A stretch of DNA of 64,000 nt. Source: Adineta vaga. Taxonomy: Eukaryota; Animalia; Rotifera. Positions 29,364 through 41,645 of this stretch are shown here, in pieces. The notes below the pieces were generated by a model. It had not been told where the DNA came from and ran no database searches. It saw only the letters and a program-made list of their open reading frames with translations. Both the position numbers and the translations under genes were made by a program. Where the stretch lies: NCBI GenBank assembly GCA_021613535.1, contig CP075494.1, positions 13,392,001 through 13,456,000 on the forward strand, in the 5' to 3' direction. Every line of letters begins with the position of its first letter. Position 1 is the first letter of the stretch.

Positions 29364-30544
29364 ATGTCCGGAATACCACTAACAGCGACTTCTGCCGTAT
29401 GGCCTCAATTTCCTGACTCAATTACATCTTATCCATCAACAACGGCACCAATACATATCGGTGGCAATGATTCAACTGATCTGCCTACAGTCAGTAATCC
29501 AAATCTACCATTACGTGCAATATCAGCAATCAGTAGTATTCCACCACCTGTACCACAACCTCCCAGTATACCTTTTCCCTCATTTGAACAACCAACAGAT
29601 CTGACAACTAGTATCCTTTCAAATATTTCTCCTGCCACTCAAACGGATGCTCCATTCAATCAAATGGCAACCAATTCTGTATGTAATCTTATGTTTTGAA
29701 AAATAATCTTACTTTTTTTTTTATAAAACTACCTATATTAAAGATCCCAAATCTTATACAAAATTTTCAAAATGAACTTAATGACAGACGTTTAGTTCGT
29801 CTCGAAGATGAAAATAGCAAAAGACGTAATACAGTAAGAAGGAAATTTCACTTGTAGAAATAATATTTTCATTTCTTTTCTTCAGGCTATGAATATTGAA
29901 CAAATGGGTGTACAAGTTCTCCAAAGTCAAAGAGATATACAAGAACAAATTCTACAATATCAATTAGTAAGAACGTCATCTTTTCTTATTCATATTTAAT
30001 TGAATGAAAAATTGTTTAGATGTTGGATCAATGTATTCAAAGTCTTGATCATCAGTCTTTTGTCTTAACGGGACAATCGGAAGAACTTGCATTTCTTCGA
30101 ACTAAAATGAGTCAATTTGAATATCTTATAGATGCGCTTAGACAAAGAAAAGGTAAAAGTTTTCTTTTAAATATTAAATAAAATAGTAAACATCTCATTT
30201 CTAGAAGATAATCAACACTCACAAAACAAACCTCGAGATACGAATTGTATTGATTCAACTCATCTCTGCTCTCGAAATCCATTGTAAGTTATTCGGTGTA
30301 CATATTCATTCTAGTGTATGTTTACTTTGTTCTAAGATCAATGCGTACACCGTCCATGCCGTCACTTTTTACAATCGGTGGTATAACTCGTGTCAGATCT
30401 TCAAGATTTCAACCTTTAAATCCACATCATCAACCAACATCAGCAAGTTTAAACGAATCACAAAACGTTAATCTTCCAGTTCCCAATTCGAATGTTACAA
30501 CTTCGCAAATGTCTTCTCATCCTATGAGTAATATGAACAATTGA
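29364..30544 (+). CDS. Uncharacterised six-exon protein: Pro/Ser/Thr-rich N-terminus, central coiled coil
   Basis: Exons 29364-29678, 29744-29833, 29886-29966, 30020-30152, 30205-30283, 30337-30544 splice at GT-AG sites into one open frame (..ELNDRRLVRLEDENSKRRNT/AMNIEQMGVQVLQSQRDIQEQILQ..). Confidence 0.75.
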
Positions 30545-30638
30545 TATTGAACTTTTTGTTTTTCGGTAAGAAAAGCAATTGACATTTATATCAATAAAAA
30601 TAAATTCAAAACAAAATTATTTAATTAAAAAACCTAAT

Positions 30639-32345
30639 CTACACTTTCGTTGTTCTTGTTCTTGAAGGTGTCGAATAACGAGTCATTTCATTTCGACGTT
30701 GACAAATCATATCGAATGTTTCCGTTGTCGAAATATTCTCATTTCTCGTTGATCTTCGTCGTTTTAATAGATAATGTAAATATTTATAAGTACTATCATG
30801 ATGTTGTTTCTGCTTACGAATAATTAAACATAGAACAATGAATAATAAAATAAACAATACGACAATATAATAAATTCGATAATGAAAAAACATTGAAAAT
30901 CGATGTTTTTGTTTCGATATTTGTTGTTGATAAAAATATGAAACATTATAATGTTTACCATAGATAGTAATACCTTCATCAGGTAATATATCACATTGAA
31001 GTAAACGTTGTTCAAAATGACAGATACGTTCTTCTTGTGTTAATATATATAAACTAGAATTTGAATAACACTCCGGTGTGAATGACATCAATGATTTATC
31101 TAAATGACGATATAGATAACGAAGAGTACAAGAACAATCGGATAAATTCTTCGATAATTGAACAAATGTATTCAAATCTGTTGAAGGTACGAAATGTACA
31201 AAAGTACAAAAATGTTTATCGTCATTTAATTGAAAATTATAACTGAGATTTAATAGAAGATTATTTGTATTCATATGAAGAAATGCGTAGGGATCGAGAC
31301 GTTGAATATTCTTTCCAAGATTTAATTCTTTTAAACGATATAAATTAACGAATGCTTCATTTTCAATTGTTGTAATACCATCTAATATTAAATATTCTAA
31401 TTGATTGAAATGTTGAAACATTCGTGCAATAATATGTTGAATAGAACGAGAATAGATTTTTAATGTTCGTAATTGTGGAAAACATCGAGCTAAATCACGA
31501 TCATTAAATGAACGAAAACCACCGTTGATACGATAATTTTGTAAAGTTAATTCATAAGTTGAATTGAAAATCATCGGAAAATGTTTACTGTGTAAATGAC
31601 GAACACCAATATCTCTTATGGAAAGTTTAGAGATTTGAACAGTGAATAAAGTTTTTGAATTAGATGATGAAAGAAAACCAGTAAATATTGGATTATCGAT
31701 GATTAAATGATGAATTTGTTGAGCTTGATGAAAGAAATCAAGTGAAATTTTTGGATTTGTATTGAGAAATTTTAATTCATAACAATTCAATTTCGAAAGA
31801 GCTCCATTAGCATAATACAAAGATGGTGAATTAAGAAATGAAATGATCAATTGATCATGAGAATCGGTAAGACTTAAATCTTCGAATATACCTGAATAGA
31901 AGAAAAAAAAAGCGAATATTGAAAGAAAGATTTGATAGAAAAACAAACCAGATTCTGTACGTTCAATATTGACGAATGCAAGAACATTACGATTATTTGC
32001 TCGATGAGTTTGTTTAACACTTTGACTTTCGAAATGAACAAAACGAAAAGCTTTTGTTGGTATTATCGGATAATTTGCAAATGTTAATGTTCGAAAACGA
32101 TAATAGAAATATTTTAATTGTTCAAATGTTGTTAAATTCTTTTCATTAGATTGTTCATTTGCATATGTACAGAATAGATCTTGATTTAATGGTGATTGTG
32201 GTTTTGTCAAATAACTCGTATCGATCAATGCAAAAAGAGGAAAATTAGTACATTTACATACGCTTAAAAATTGACATTCATTTCCATTGACATTTAATAA
32301 GCATGAAAAAAGGATATTAAGAAAAAAAAGATAGAAGATGAACAT
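30639..32345 (-). CDS. Leucine-rich-repeat type I transmembrane protein
   Basis: Signal peptide, LRRNT (CQFLSVCKC), LRRs (LRTLKI..LEYLILDG..AFVNLYRLKELNLG), LRRCT (DCSCTLRYL), TM helix then basic tail. Probable in-frame 57-nt intron 31948-31892. Confidence 0.82.
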   Translation of the reverse strand: MFIFYLFFLNILFSCLLNVNGNECQFLSVCKCTNFPLFALIDTSYLTKPQSPLNQDLFCTYANEQSNEKNLTTFEQLKYFYYRFRTLTFANYPIIPTKAFRFVHFESQSVKQTHRANNRNVLAFVNIERTESGLFFYQIFLSIFAFFFFYSGIFEDLSLTDSHDQLIISFLNSPSLYYANGALSKLNCYELKFLNTNPKISLDFFHQAQQIHHLIIDNPIFTGFLSSSNSKTLFTVQISKLSIRDIGVRHLHSKHFPMIFNSTYELTLQNYRINGGFRSFNDRDLARCFPQLRTLKIYSRSIQHIIARMFQHFNQLEYLILDGITTIENEAFVNLYRLKELNLGKNIQRLDPYAFLHMNTNNLLLNLSYNFQLNDDKHFCTFVHFVPSTDLNTFVQLSKNLSDCSCTLRYLYRHLDKSLMSFTPECYSNSSLYILTQEERICHFEQRLLQCDILPDEGITIYGKHYNVSYFYQQQISKQKHRFSMFFHYRIYYIVVLFILLFIVLCLIIRKQKQHHDSTYKYLHYLLKRRRSTRNENISTTETFDMICQRRNEMTRYSTPSRTRTTKV

Positions 32346-35300
32346 CGCATTGATATGATCACCATCAATTAGAATGTGTCAACACTAATGAGAACATTTC
32401 TAAAGAAAAAGAAAAAGAATAACAATATAGACACATAGAAGAAAATGTGTGTTTTCTGTTCTTTTTTTTCTCTTGGTCTCGTATATATGTATCTATTATT
32501 CAATCATTAGAAATGTTAGTAATCATTGTCTGTTGATAGGTGGAAAATTGTATTAAAGAAAGGAGGTGTTAAGTAATCCAAGGACTGAATACAAACAAAT
32601 TACTAGACTCGTGAAAAAATCTTACAGATACGATTCGGATAGAAATGAAAAACGTACGGAATGATTATATTCATATAGCTATTGTAACTACGATCATATG
32701 CCCATTTTCATTTAGAAAAGAAATAAGAAGTACACTCTTAACTCTTTTTCTCTCTCTCTCTCTCTTAGTCGTATACTGAACACATTTTCTTCTTGCCGTT
32801 TGTTTCGTAATCATGCCTCATATTCTTTTTCTCTATTTGTGTGTGTGTGTCTCTCTTTCTTTCTCCTTCACTAGACTGCTCTCTTTCCTTCTGTCTTTCT
32901 TTTTTATATTAATACCGCCTCACTGAAAATTGTTAATGTTCAACGTTGTCGTCATTGTCACCCTCACTGCTAGCGATCAATATGAATGTGACGAAAAAAA
33001 AAGAAAAAAAAGAAAGCATTGACTAATTCTCGTTTACTTGAGCGCTCAGTTGTGCACTTATCTTATACACACATATTCACGTGTATTTATACCTGAAAGA
33101 CATTTACACTTCTCTTCTACGTTGATTCTCTATTTCGAGCAGAAGGAGACGATACCTTTGAAATCATCATTACCTCATACAAAACGATGATATATTAGTT
33201 TCTTTTTATTTTAACAAAATAAATGTCTTTTACGAGAAAAAAGCTGACACTATTCAATAGAAATGAGCATCTATATCTTGATCTATGCTTAAGTGTTATT
33301 ATCGAGAGAGATGGATGAATGCATCACAACGTTTTTTTGGAACACTATATGCAAGCAAGAAGCATAAATGTTACAAGGTCAGGAAGAAAAAACTGGGGAG
33401 CAGCACTAATATATCGTGTCATTACAATAATATTCCTATATATCATTGATATAGATGGTCGAAAAGATTAGAGTACATCATGTAAGAACAGACTAAATCT
33501 ATGAACATCAGTTTCCATACTTACCAAGTAAAGGCTTCTTCTTCTTCTTGTCTTCGAAGAGTAATACATTGACTTTTGTTTCATAAAAAAAGACGAGTGA
33601 CATTCTTCGAGAAAACTTACATCATTTCCTGCAATCATCTGTCGGATGTGTGAAGGCAGAATACTCGCTAAGTGTATGATGTCAGCGTTGAATTCAATAA
33701 TATTTCAAGTATCTTTGTAAATATAAATATCAATGGAAGATTGTCTTTTGCAAGAGTTTGAGTTGCTATAACGATACTGTTTTTGATCATGTATGAAATC
33801 TATTTTGAAAAAGTTAGAAACATTGAAATAAAAAGTTGTTGTTCATAAAATGTATTTTTCCGTCTGATTGATTAACTATCAATGTGATGACTTCAGTTTT
33901 ACGTTAGTTTTAATTACTATTTGAAAAAAGTACTGTGTATGATTGCAATGAACACATCTTATTGAGTTCTCATACGCTTTTTAAGTAAACAGAATCATGC
34001 ATGTATCTATGAGTGATGGCTAGACAGAAAGAAATAATGACAATTATATTTCTAACGATCACGTAAGTACTGCTGTTTCGGTCAAAACTATGATTGTTAC
34101 AAATTTGCTACTGAAGAAATGATTTAAGATTACTTTTAACACACCAGTGACCAGTCACGTTTTATAGTAATTTTTTGCTCTTTAATCGCTGTTATTTTGA
34201 AAGTGATTATGCATGTATAGTGCTATGATGTAACTTACATGAATCAAGTAAGATGGTGAGTTACTGCGGTTAAATTAATAAAAAAAGAAGTATTCGGAAA
34301 ATTGTATTCAATATTCAATGGTGAATGCACATCGTAGATCATCAATAACGATATAGTCGATGAAGAAATACATAGTGGCCACAAAATAGGATTAGAAAAT
34401 CCGTATTCTTAGCTATCAATGAATGATATACTGAAGTTAATGTGGACGGCTGATCGTAAGTGGCCAAGTGGAGGGATACCGAGGAACAACTAGGCGTAGA
34501 TTTGCGGCGCTTCGTAAATTGTCACACGATTTGATTTATAAGCAAAAATAGTTATTCCTGAGAAATTGAATCTATTGAGTAAGGATTGGTTAACAAAACG
34601 CTATTACTTACTCGTATTCTGTGGCAAGCACTTCTAAATCGCCTATTTTCGAAAATACGTTATTCTTTAAAGTAGTGACAATTGGTGATGATTTCAATGA
34701 TGTTTCAATCCTGTGAAATAATGAATAGAAAACGATATTAAATGATACCATTTATGATGATTGTTAACATCCTATATATTGAGTAGATTTTCATTATATT
34801 TTAGCTGATGTTATAGAAAATAATAAACATATTATGAAATCCTACAGCGATACTTTATTACCATTACGATTTTCTATAAAATAGGAAAAAATAACTGAAA
34901 TTATTCTTTAGTTGATGCGTAAAAGTCGATGATCGGATTCGAATGATTTACAAAGAATAAAATAATAAATTTCTTCTTGTTTACATCAACGTTTTCATTG
35001 ATATGGAATAGTAAAAATCAATTATTTACGAATGGCGATCGAAATTTGAATATCTTTACTTTCTGGCATGATCGATATCTAGAATTCTTTCTTTATGCTC
35101 TTCAAGTGGATAGAAGTTTGATGTGATGTAGAAAAAAGTGAGATGAATCCTTGTCACTATCTCACGAGCATTTCTATCATCCTAGTACTTTATAAGATCG
35201 AACGTGTGTCAACATTAGGTAAAGCAATCTGTTTCAAGTTACTCTTTATGACTGTAGAATTCATGGAAACAGTCTCCATCAATGCTAATATTATACTAGT

Positions 35301-36015
35301 CTGCTTTTTTTTAAAAGATTTTTGATTGACATGAAATACAAATGAAAATTACAAAATTGATTTTTGTTTTGCTATTAGGTACAACAATACCAATGAATTT
35401 AGTCAACATCCACAGAGAAATACAATTATTGAAGATATAGTTATATATTTTCAATTGAACATATTAAATTACAAATGAATATGTAAGAAAAAAGTGACTT
35501 ATAATTTGTCAATTAAACAAAGAATATTGCGCAGATAAAATCAATTAATTATCATTCTAAAATTTTGTTCAATAGAACAGAACAAACTATGAGAAAGAGA
35601 GAGAGAGAGGGCAACCTTGGAGATCTTTTGAAAAAGACTTTTGATATTTCGCATCGATGGGCACCTTCTATTCGATTCTCTTTCCTCATTGCCTTTACCT
35701 TCAGAAAAGAACTTCGAATACTATACACATTCTTTTCGACGACCTTTTCACTAAACAAAAGGAAGTTAGACACATTTAGTTTAAACTTCGATTCATTGTT
35801 AAAATAAGATCAATGTTAATAAACGAGACATCAATTCTTTTTTTGTTATTTAAAAGCAAATAAACGAATTGATTGATCTTTAACGAGGTTTGAATAAATA
35901 AACTTATTTTCTTCTTTATTCTTAGAAGTGTCGAATCAAACCAACGTTAAATGTATAAAATATTCTTGTGTTGTATATCATTTTAGTCAATTAAACAAAA
36001 AAAGAAAAGAAAATA

Positions 36016-37654
36016 ATGTCAAATCAATGTTTATCTTCATGGACTGAAACATCAATAACAAGTTATATGACACCACCGATTCGTCGAATAACTTCAAAGA
36101 TTTCAACAAATTGTATAAATTCAAATGAACAAATAAGTCTTAATAGAAACTTATCACATTCAATTGATTCATTAAAAAAACTTCGGAAAACTTCATTTCA
36201 TTCTGTTAAACAATCAATAACAGATTTACATGTACATTCATTTAGTAGAAAAAGTTTTTCATCAAATAATGATTCGTTAGAATCCTTACCTTTTAATCCT
36301 TCAGATACTCAAGATGATGATGATGCAAGTAGTAATGATGAAAATCAATCAATATCAAATATTTCATCGAAACAAAGGAGTAAGTCAATTAAAAAAACAA
36401 ACTATGTTAATTTAATATTTTCAAATGATTTCAGTAAGACGTAATTCCTTTTCATTATCTCATGATAATCCAATTGAAATAAGTGAATGTATAATATGTC
36501 TTGAAGAAGTTTCAATTCATCATTTAAGATGTTGTTCATCATCAATATGTTCAAAATGTCTTTATCTTCATTTATCAACAAATATAAATGAAGGTCGTAT
36601 TCGTCTTTTATGTCCATCATGTTCACATATATTTACACATGAAGAAATTTTATTATTATTAACTAAATATGATTATGATGGAATTCTAACTGAACGTTAT
36701 AAACGTTTTTATGCTGATATTAATGGTGAATCACACATAAAAACATGTCCAAGATGTTGTTCAATTAAAGAAATTGATAAACATTTAGTTGAAGGTATTC
36801 GATGGAAAAGAACTATTCCTCGAAAAATTCTTTGTAATGAATGTCAATTTGAGTGGTGTTTCTATTGTCATTCACCATGGCATGAAAAAATGTCTTGCAA
36901 ACAATATCAAAAAGGAGATAAAATGCTTCGATCATGGGCGACACAAATCGATCAGAACCAACATAATGCACAAAAGTGTCCTCGTTGTAAAGTCAGTTTA
37001 ACAAGAAAAACAAAAAAGAAAAACGCATAAAGTTTGTTCGTATTTTAGGTTTATATTTCTCGAAATGGTGGGTGTCCACATATGATTTGTTCAAAATGTC
37101 AATGTGATTTCTGTTATAATTGTGGTCGAAGAAGATTAGGTTTGAAATTCTTTGGTTCACATGAAAGTCGATATTCACCATTCGGATGTAAATATAATTT
37201 ATATCCGGACAAACCCATTTTACGTCGTACAGTACGTGGATTAGTTACTGGTTTTGCAACATTAACAATACCGGTTGCAGTTGTTGGTGCAGTTGCAATT
37301 TTAGCTGTTGGAACGACAATTGCTGTACCAACTTATGGAACATATCGTTTAATTAAACATATTCGATCAAAAAGATATGAACGCCATCAAAGGCATCGAA
37401 TAGAAGACACACTTTCAAGACAATGGACAACTAACGATAGTCTTATTTCAACATATGTTAATGGTACTGATGAACAAAATATAGAAGTTGATAATATTGA
37501 AAAAGCTATTCAAGCAAGTTTAATTACGTTTAGAGAAGAAACGATTAGAAGAGAAGAACAAAGTGAAGTTTCTCCTTATTTAATCAAACATCTTCATCAT
37601 TTCAATCCGATTGATCTGGACAATCAAGATAGTGATGATAGTTTCGATGAATAA
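36016..37654 (+). CDS. RNF217: RBR E3 ubiquitin ligase, RNF217-like, with C-terminal membrane anchor
   Basis: Exons 36016-36379, 36435-36991, 37049-37654. RING1 CIICLEE..CC..ICSKC..CPSC, IBR KTCPRC..CNECQFEWCFYCHSPWH, RING2 QKCPRCK/VYISRNGGCPHMICSKC, then FFGSHESRYSPFGCKY..RRTVRG plus a hydrophobic segment as in RNF217. Confidence 0.85.
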
Positions 37655-38358
37655 TTGTTCGTTTTATTGAGAAAAGAAGAAACTATTTTTCCTCTTGTTC
37701 GTTTTCATATTACTTTTTAGATAAAAAAAACATCGTGATGTCCGCTCTTTTCTTTTAGCATATAATTATGAGGGTAGGGGTGGGTGTTTGCACTTTCAGG
37801 TTTGGAGTGATGGAGCTAAATGTAGGTAAATGGCCTTTCATTTTGGTGCGGTTTTTCTAGGACAAGAACGACCGACCTGGGTACGAAATCATTAATCAAA
37901 AGTTGTATTTATCTATGGTTAAATTTGTCGAGAGTTACCATCAGTGACACAAAAGACTATTACAAAAACAAAGAAACTAAAAATACTGTGGTTCCTTGTA
38001 CGATTGCGATAATAATAGAAACTATTGAATGAATGACATATTGTTATTTATTTGACATACAAAAAAAGAAAATAACTACACTATGTTTCATTATAAAAAT
38101 GATTACGTTCATCAATGGCAGAATTTAGAATAGAGATAAATGTTAACTATAGAAAATCAAACTAATAAAGAAAACAACACCACCACCGCCACCACATGCT
38201 GCTGAACAGATGGATTTAGTTTAATGAGATACATTCGTTGTTCGACCTTTTCATTAACATCTTCATAATTATGAAAGTTACAATACATAAATCATAAGAA
38301 ATTCTCTTTCAAAATGTGACAAAGAAATTTTAGAGTTCATTTTCAATATGTTAATCTT

Positions 38359-39954
38359 TCATTTGTTCATTAACATTCCATTAGCTGTCTTAGTAGTTTG
38401 TGTTGTGAGTAGTTGTTGATCAGTAGTTATCAAATCCATATATTTTTTAAATCGTTTTCCACGAAGTTTCGTCCATAATTTCCAATCATTCATTGCAAGT
38501 ATTTGAACAATATTTTGTACGGCACTAAATAATGTAAATACAACAGTAAATAGTGATGTATCATGTGATATAAATGAATTAATATCAAATAAATTAGTTT
38601 GTTGTTCACTATGGATCAAAGAACAATGTATAACAGGATATTGTGAATTCGATGATAGACACATTGCTAAACCATTATTGACATTTCCAAGTGTAACAAT
38701 GACCGTTGGTCGACAATGTTCATGAGTATAGTTTGATAAAAATTTTAATATTGTTTGTGTTGATATATATATCGAATAGAGACGAATATCACATTGTATG
38801 TTATATGTTTCACTAAGAATTGTTCTCATTTTTTGACCATATTCAATATCTTGTAATGATCCACAAATAATTATACAACGACTTGCTATTGATGGTGTTG
38901 AATATAGATTTGAAGATAACCATTCTTTATTTATATCAATACAATCATATTCAGGAATAATATTTGATTTTTTCTGTTCATCACTTTCACGTCGTGAAAC
39001 TAATCGTGCTGTTAATGGTAAATTAATATTTAAATCAAGTATATCTCGCAATGAATGATTAATCCAAATAAGATTTTCTAGAATTAAATCATTTCCTGTT
39101 GATGTTGTTTTTTCAATAGGTCGTAATATATGCCATGTTTCCACATCGTATACATTAGAAACAATAATTTCTTTTGGTGATGTTGTTGTTATACCAAATT
39201 CAATTTTTAAATCGATCAATTGACAATTCTTTTTAACCATCCAAACATGTTCGAGTATATCAAAAATTGTACAACATATTTCATACATATATTCAATATC
39301 TTTATGTGAAATTTTCAAATTCTCAGTATTAATATGTGTATTGAGTAATTGTTCATAAGACCATATTGATGAAATACATTCATCTAAATCTGATTCATCA
39401 TCATCAAATTGACTTTCTCGATCATATTCAAGATTATCATCACCTATATCGATCGTTGATTGTTTATAAAGGAATGGATGACGTTTATAGAAGATTTCAA
39501 TCATAGGTGGAATAAATCGATGACCATTTATTATACCTGGATTACGTTTGACACATGTTTCATTTGCTAAACGACGAATAATCCATAGAATTGGTATCAT
39601 TGTACATTTTTTGGCAATAAACATATCAGGTTGATTATATGGAGCAACATAAAATGTTGGAATTGATGCTTCACGTAAAATTTCATAGGCACATGTTGTT
39701 ATCGATGTTGTTAACATACCTTTACTAAGAATATCTGTATGATTACGATTATGTTGTTGATTATTTAATCGAATTGTACTATCGACACTCGATCGTCGAC
39801 TACCAGGTATACTAAGAATCGAACCTGATGAATCATGATGATCTTTTCGATGAATACAAATAAGACTAGGTTGATCAATAATTGAATAGATCGTTTTAGT
39901 TTTACCATCAAACAATTTTTGATGAAGAATATTATGTGAAGAAATTGAAGCCAT
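38359..39954 (-). CDS. Divergent PAICS/ADE2-like bifunctional protein (SAICAR synthetase + AIR carboxylase folds), probably catalytically impaired
   Basis: Intronless 531 aa with DGKTKTIY, KKCTMIPILWIIRR..KRNPG..RFIPPMIEIFYK, LIDLKIEFG, then PurE-like CIIICGSLQD, NNGLA..SQYPVIHC. Confidence 0.8.
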   Translation of the reverse strand: MASISSHNILHQKLFDGKTKTIYSIIDQPSLICIHRKDHHDSSGSILSIPGSRRSSVDSTIRLNNQQHNRNHTDILSKGMLTTSITTCAYEILREASIPTFYVAPYNQPDMFIAKKCTMIPILWIIRRLANETCVKRNPGIINGHRFIPPMIEIFYKRHPFLYKQSTIDIGDDNLEYDRESQFDDDESDLDECISSIWSYEQLLNTHINTENLKISHKDIEYMYEICCTIFDILEHVWMVKKNCQLIDLKIEFGITTTSPKEIIVSNVYDVETWHILRPIEKTTSTGNDLILENLIWINHSLRDILDLNINLPLTARLVSRRESDEQKKSNIIPEYDCIDINKEWLSSNLYSTPSIASRCIIICGSLQDIEYGQKMRTILSETYNIQCDIRLYSIYISTQTILKFLSNYTHEHCRPTVIVTLGNVNNGLAMCLSSNSQYPVIHCSLIHSEQQTNLFDINSFISHDTSLFTVVFTLFSAVQNIVQILAMNDWKLWTKLRGKRFKKYMDLITTDQQLLTTQTTKTANGMLMNK

Positions 39955-40674
39955 TTTGAAATAATAATTCTTTTATTGAACAAACAATATCGATCGACTA
40001 CAGTGTCTAGTTTGATATAATCATCAATAAAATGTATCGTTAACTCGTATTATAATAAAAATAAACAAACAGTTGTAGAATACTTATATATATATATAAA
40101 GATAGGCAAAGATCTTTTATCTCTCTATTTTTCTCGCGACCTTCGTCTTCAGATTATTGTCGATAGGTTTTGGTTCGTTGGTTAATTGATTTGCTTGTCA
40201 ATGTTCTCTTATCTCCTTTTGTTTAGACATCTAATAAACCAGATGTAAAAAGAAAAAGGTTAAAAGAAAATGTCCATTTGGTTAACACGTATCTGAGATG
40301 GTTTCTCAGGATATTTTTCTAATAAAATTCTGGATATCGATCGAATAATTAGTTAAAAATTGATTAGGAAACGGCTAAATGGTTAAAGACTTCATCACAA
40401 TTGTTTAGTAAATATCCATCTTCTTCGACGACAAAAATAGTCCATGCTGTGAAGTTGTTAATGATGTTATTGCTGCTGAGAACGGAAACAAATGACATGA
40501 CAAAACAACATTCGGTATTCATCATACAAATTACAAATTGATGATTTGCAAAAAAAAGTAATCATTTGTGTGGATGCTATTTTTGATAGACATCAACTAT
40601 TTTTATTATATATTCATATATTTACAAAACGTATTAAAATTCTCAATATAACTAACGAAATTGAAATCAATCGA

Positions 40675-41645
40675 TCAATGAAGACGTGTTTTCTACAACA
40701 ACAAAAAGAAACATTAGAAAATTTTATTGAAAGAGTCTCGAATTATATTTACATACAAGGATAAGTACAGCAATCACTAATGTTGCTTTGATCTCTACAT
40801 TCATATCTTGTGGAACTAAATAAAACAGTATATAAACGATTTATTGTCAAATATATCATACGTTTGATTGCTACAGCTTGTCCATATTGTGATCTTTCCA
40901 AATCAGTAGAAAATGGATATATACGACCGATTATATCTATTTCATTTCTATCCAATATTTCATATTCTGATATACGATGTTGAATTTTACTTCTGAAATA
41001 ACTTTTGCGTAGTATTAAAGTATTAATATGTTCATATTGACTATTGTACACATCATAACAGGATTTACCAAATGTCAGTCTATAGAAAAAAAACGAAAGT
41101 CATACATGAAAATAAATTGTGTATCGCATACCTTTGTTGAATAGATCCGATCGATTGAGATCCATTAGATACTGTTGATAAACATCGTATATATTGTTTT
41201 GGAAATATTTTACAAAAAAGTGGAAAACGATTGTAGTAGAGTTCTAATACTTTCTAAAATATCAAGAAAAAAAACTAATAATCAATAAGATCAATGACAC
41301 AAAGTATTTACTTGTTTTGTTTCAGCATCGAATAATGTAATTTTTTGATTACGAAATGAATCTAACATCGATGTATTTGTTTCATCACCTGTAAAAGTCA
41401 ATATAATTTCATTGAAAATATCAATCATTGCTTATTCTTTACCGATCTGATAATGAAATAACACACGATTCATTCGTGATAGAATTTTTCCATGTTCTAC
41501 TGTTGTCACATTCTTTTCCCTATCTTAAATGATACAACTGTATACATTCTGTGCGATTGGAAATGATCTTACCCGCATGAAAAGGTTTAACAAGTATTTC
41601 TCCTTCATTTTCTAATATAGATAATAGTTTTGTAGTATTTCTCAT
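40675..41645 (-). CDS. Phospholipid scramblase-like protein (about 215 aa), not visible in the ORF track
   Basis: 7 exons (41645-41573, 41523-41443, 41388-41312, 41253-41132, 41079-40862, 40815-40757, 40692-40675) in one frame: LLSILENEGEILVK..SIGSIQQR/LTF..YEILDRNEIDIIGRI..AIKLPQDMNVEIKATLVIAVLIL. This resembles the PLSCR C-terminus FPLDLDVKMKAVMIGACFLID. Confidence 0.7.

Noticed and set aside
33517-33530. ATACTTACC, identical to the U1 snRNA 5' end
   Set aside because: No U1 body follows. It is better explained as the reverse complement of a strong 5' splice site (G|GTAAGTAT) on the minus strand.
34250-34550. Slightly GC-richer stretch with a coding-like frame containing several stops
   Set aside because: No recognisable protein or transposon motif. 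It may be a decayed gene but cannot be supported from the sequence.
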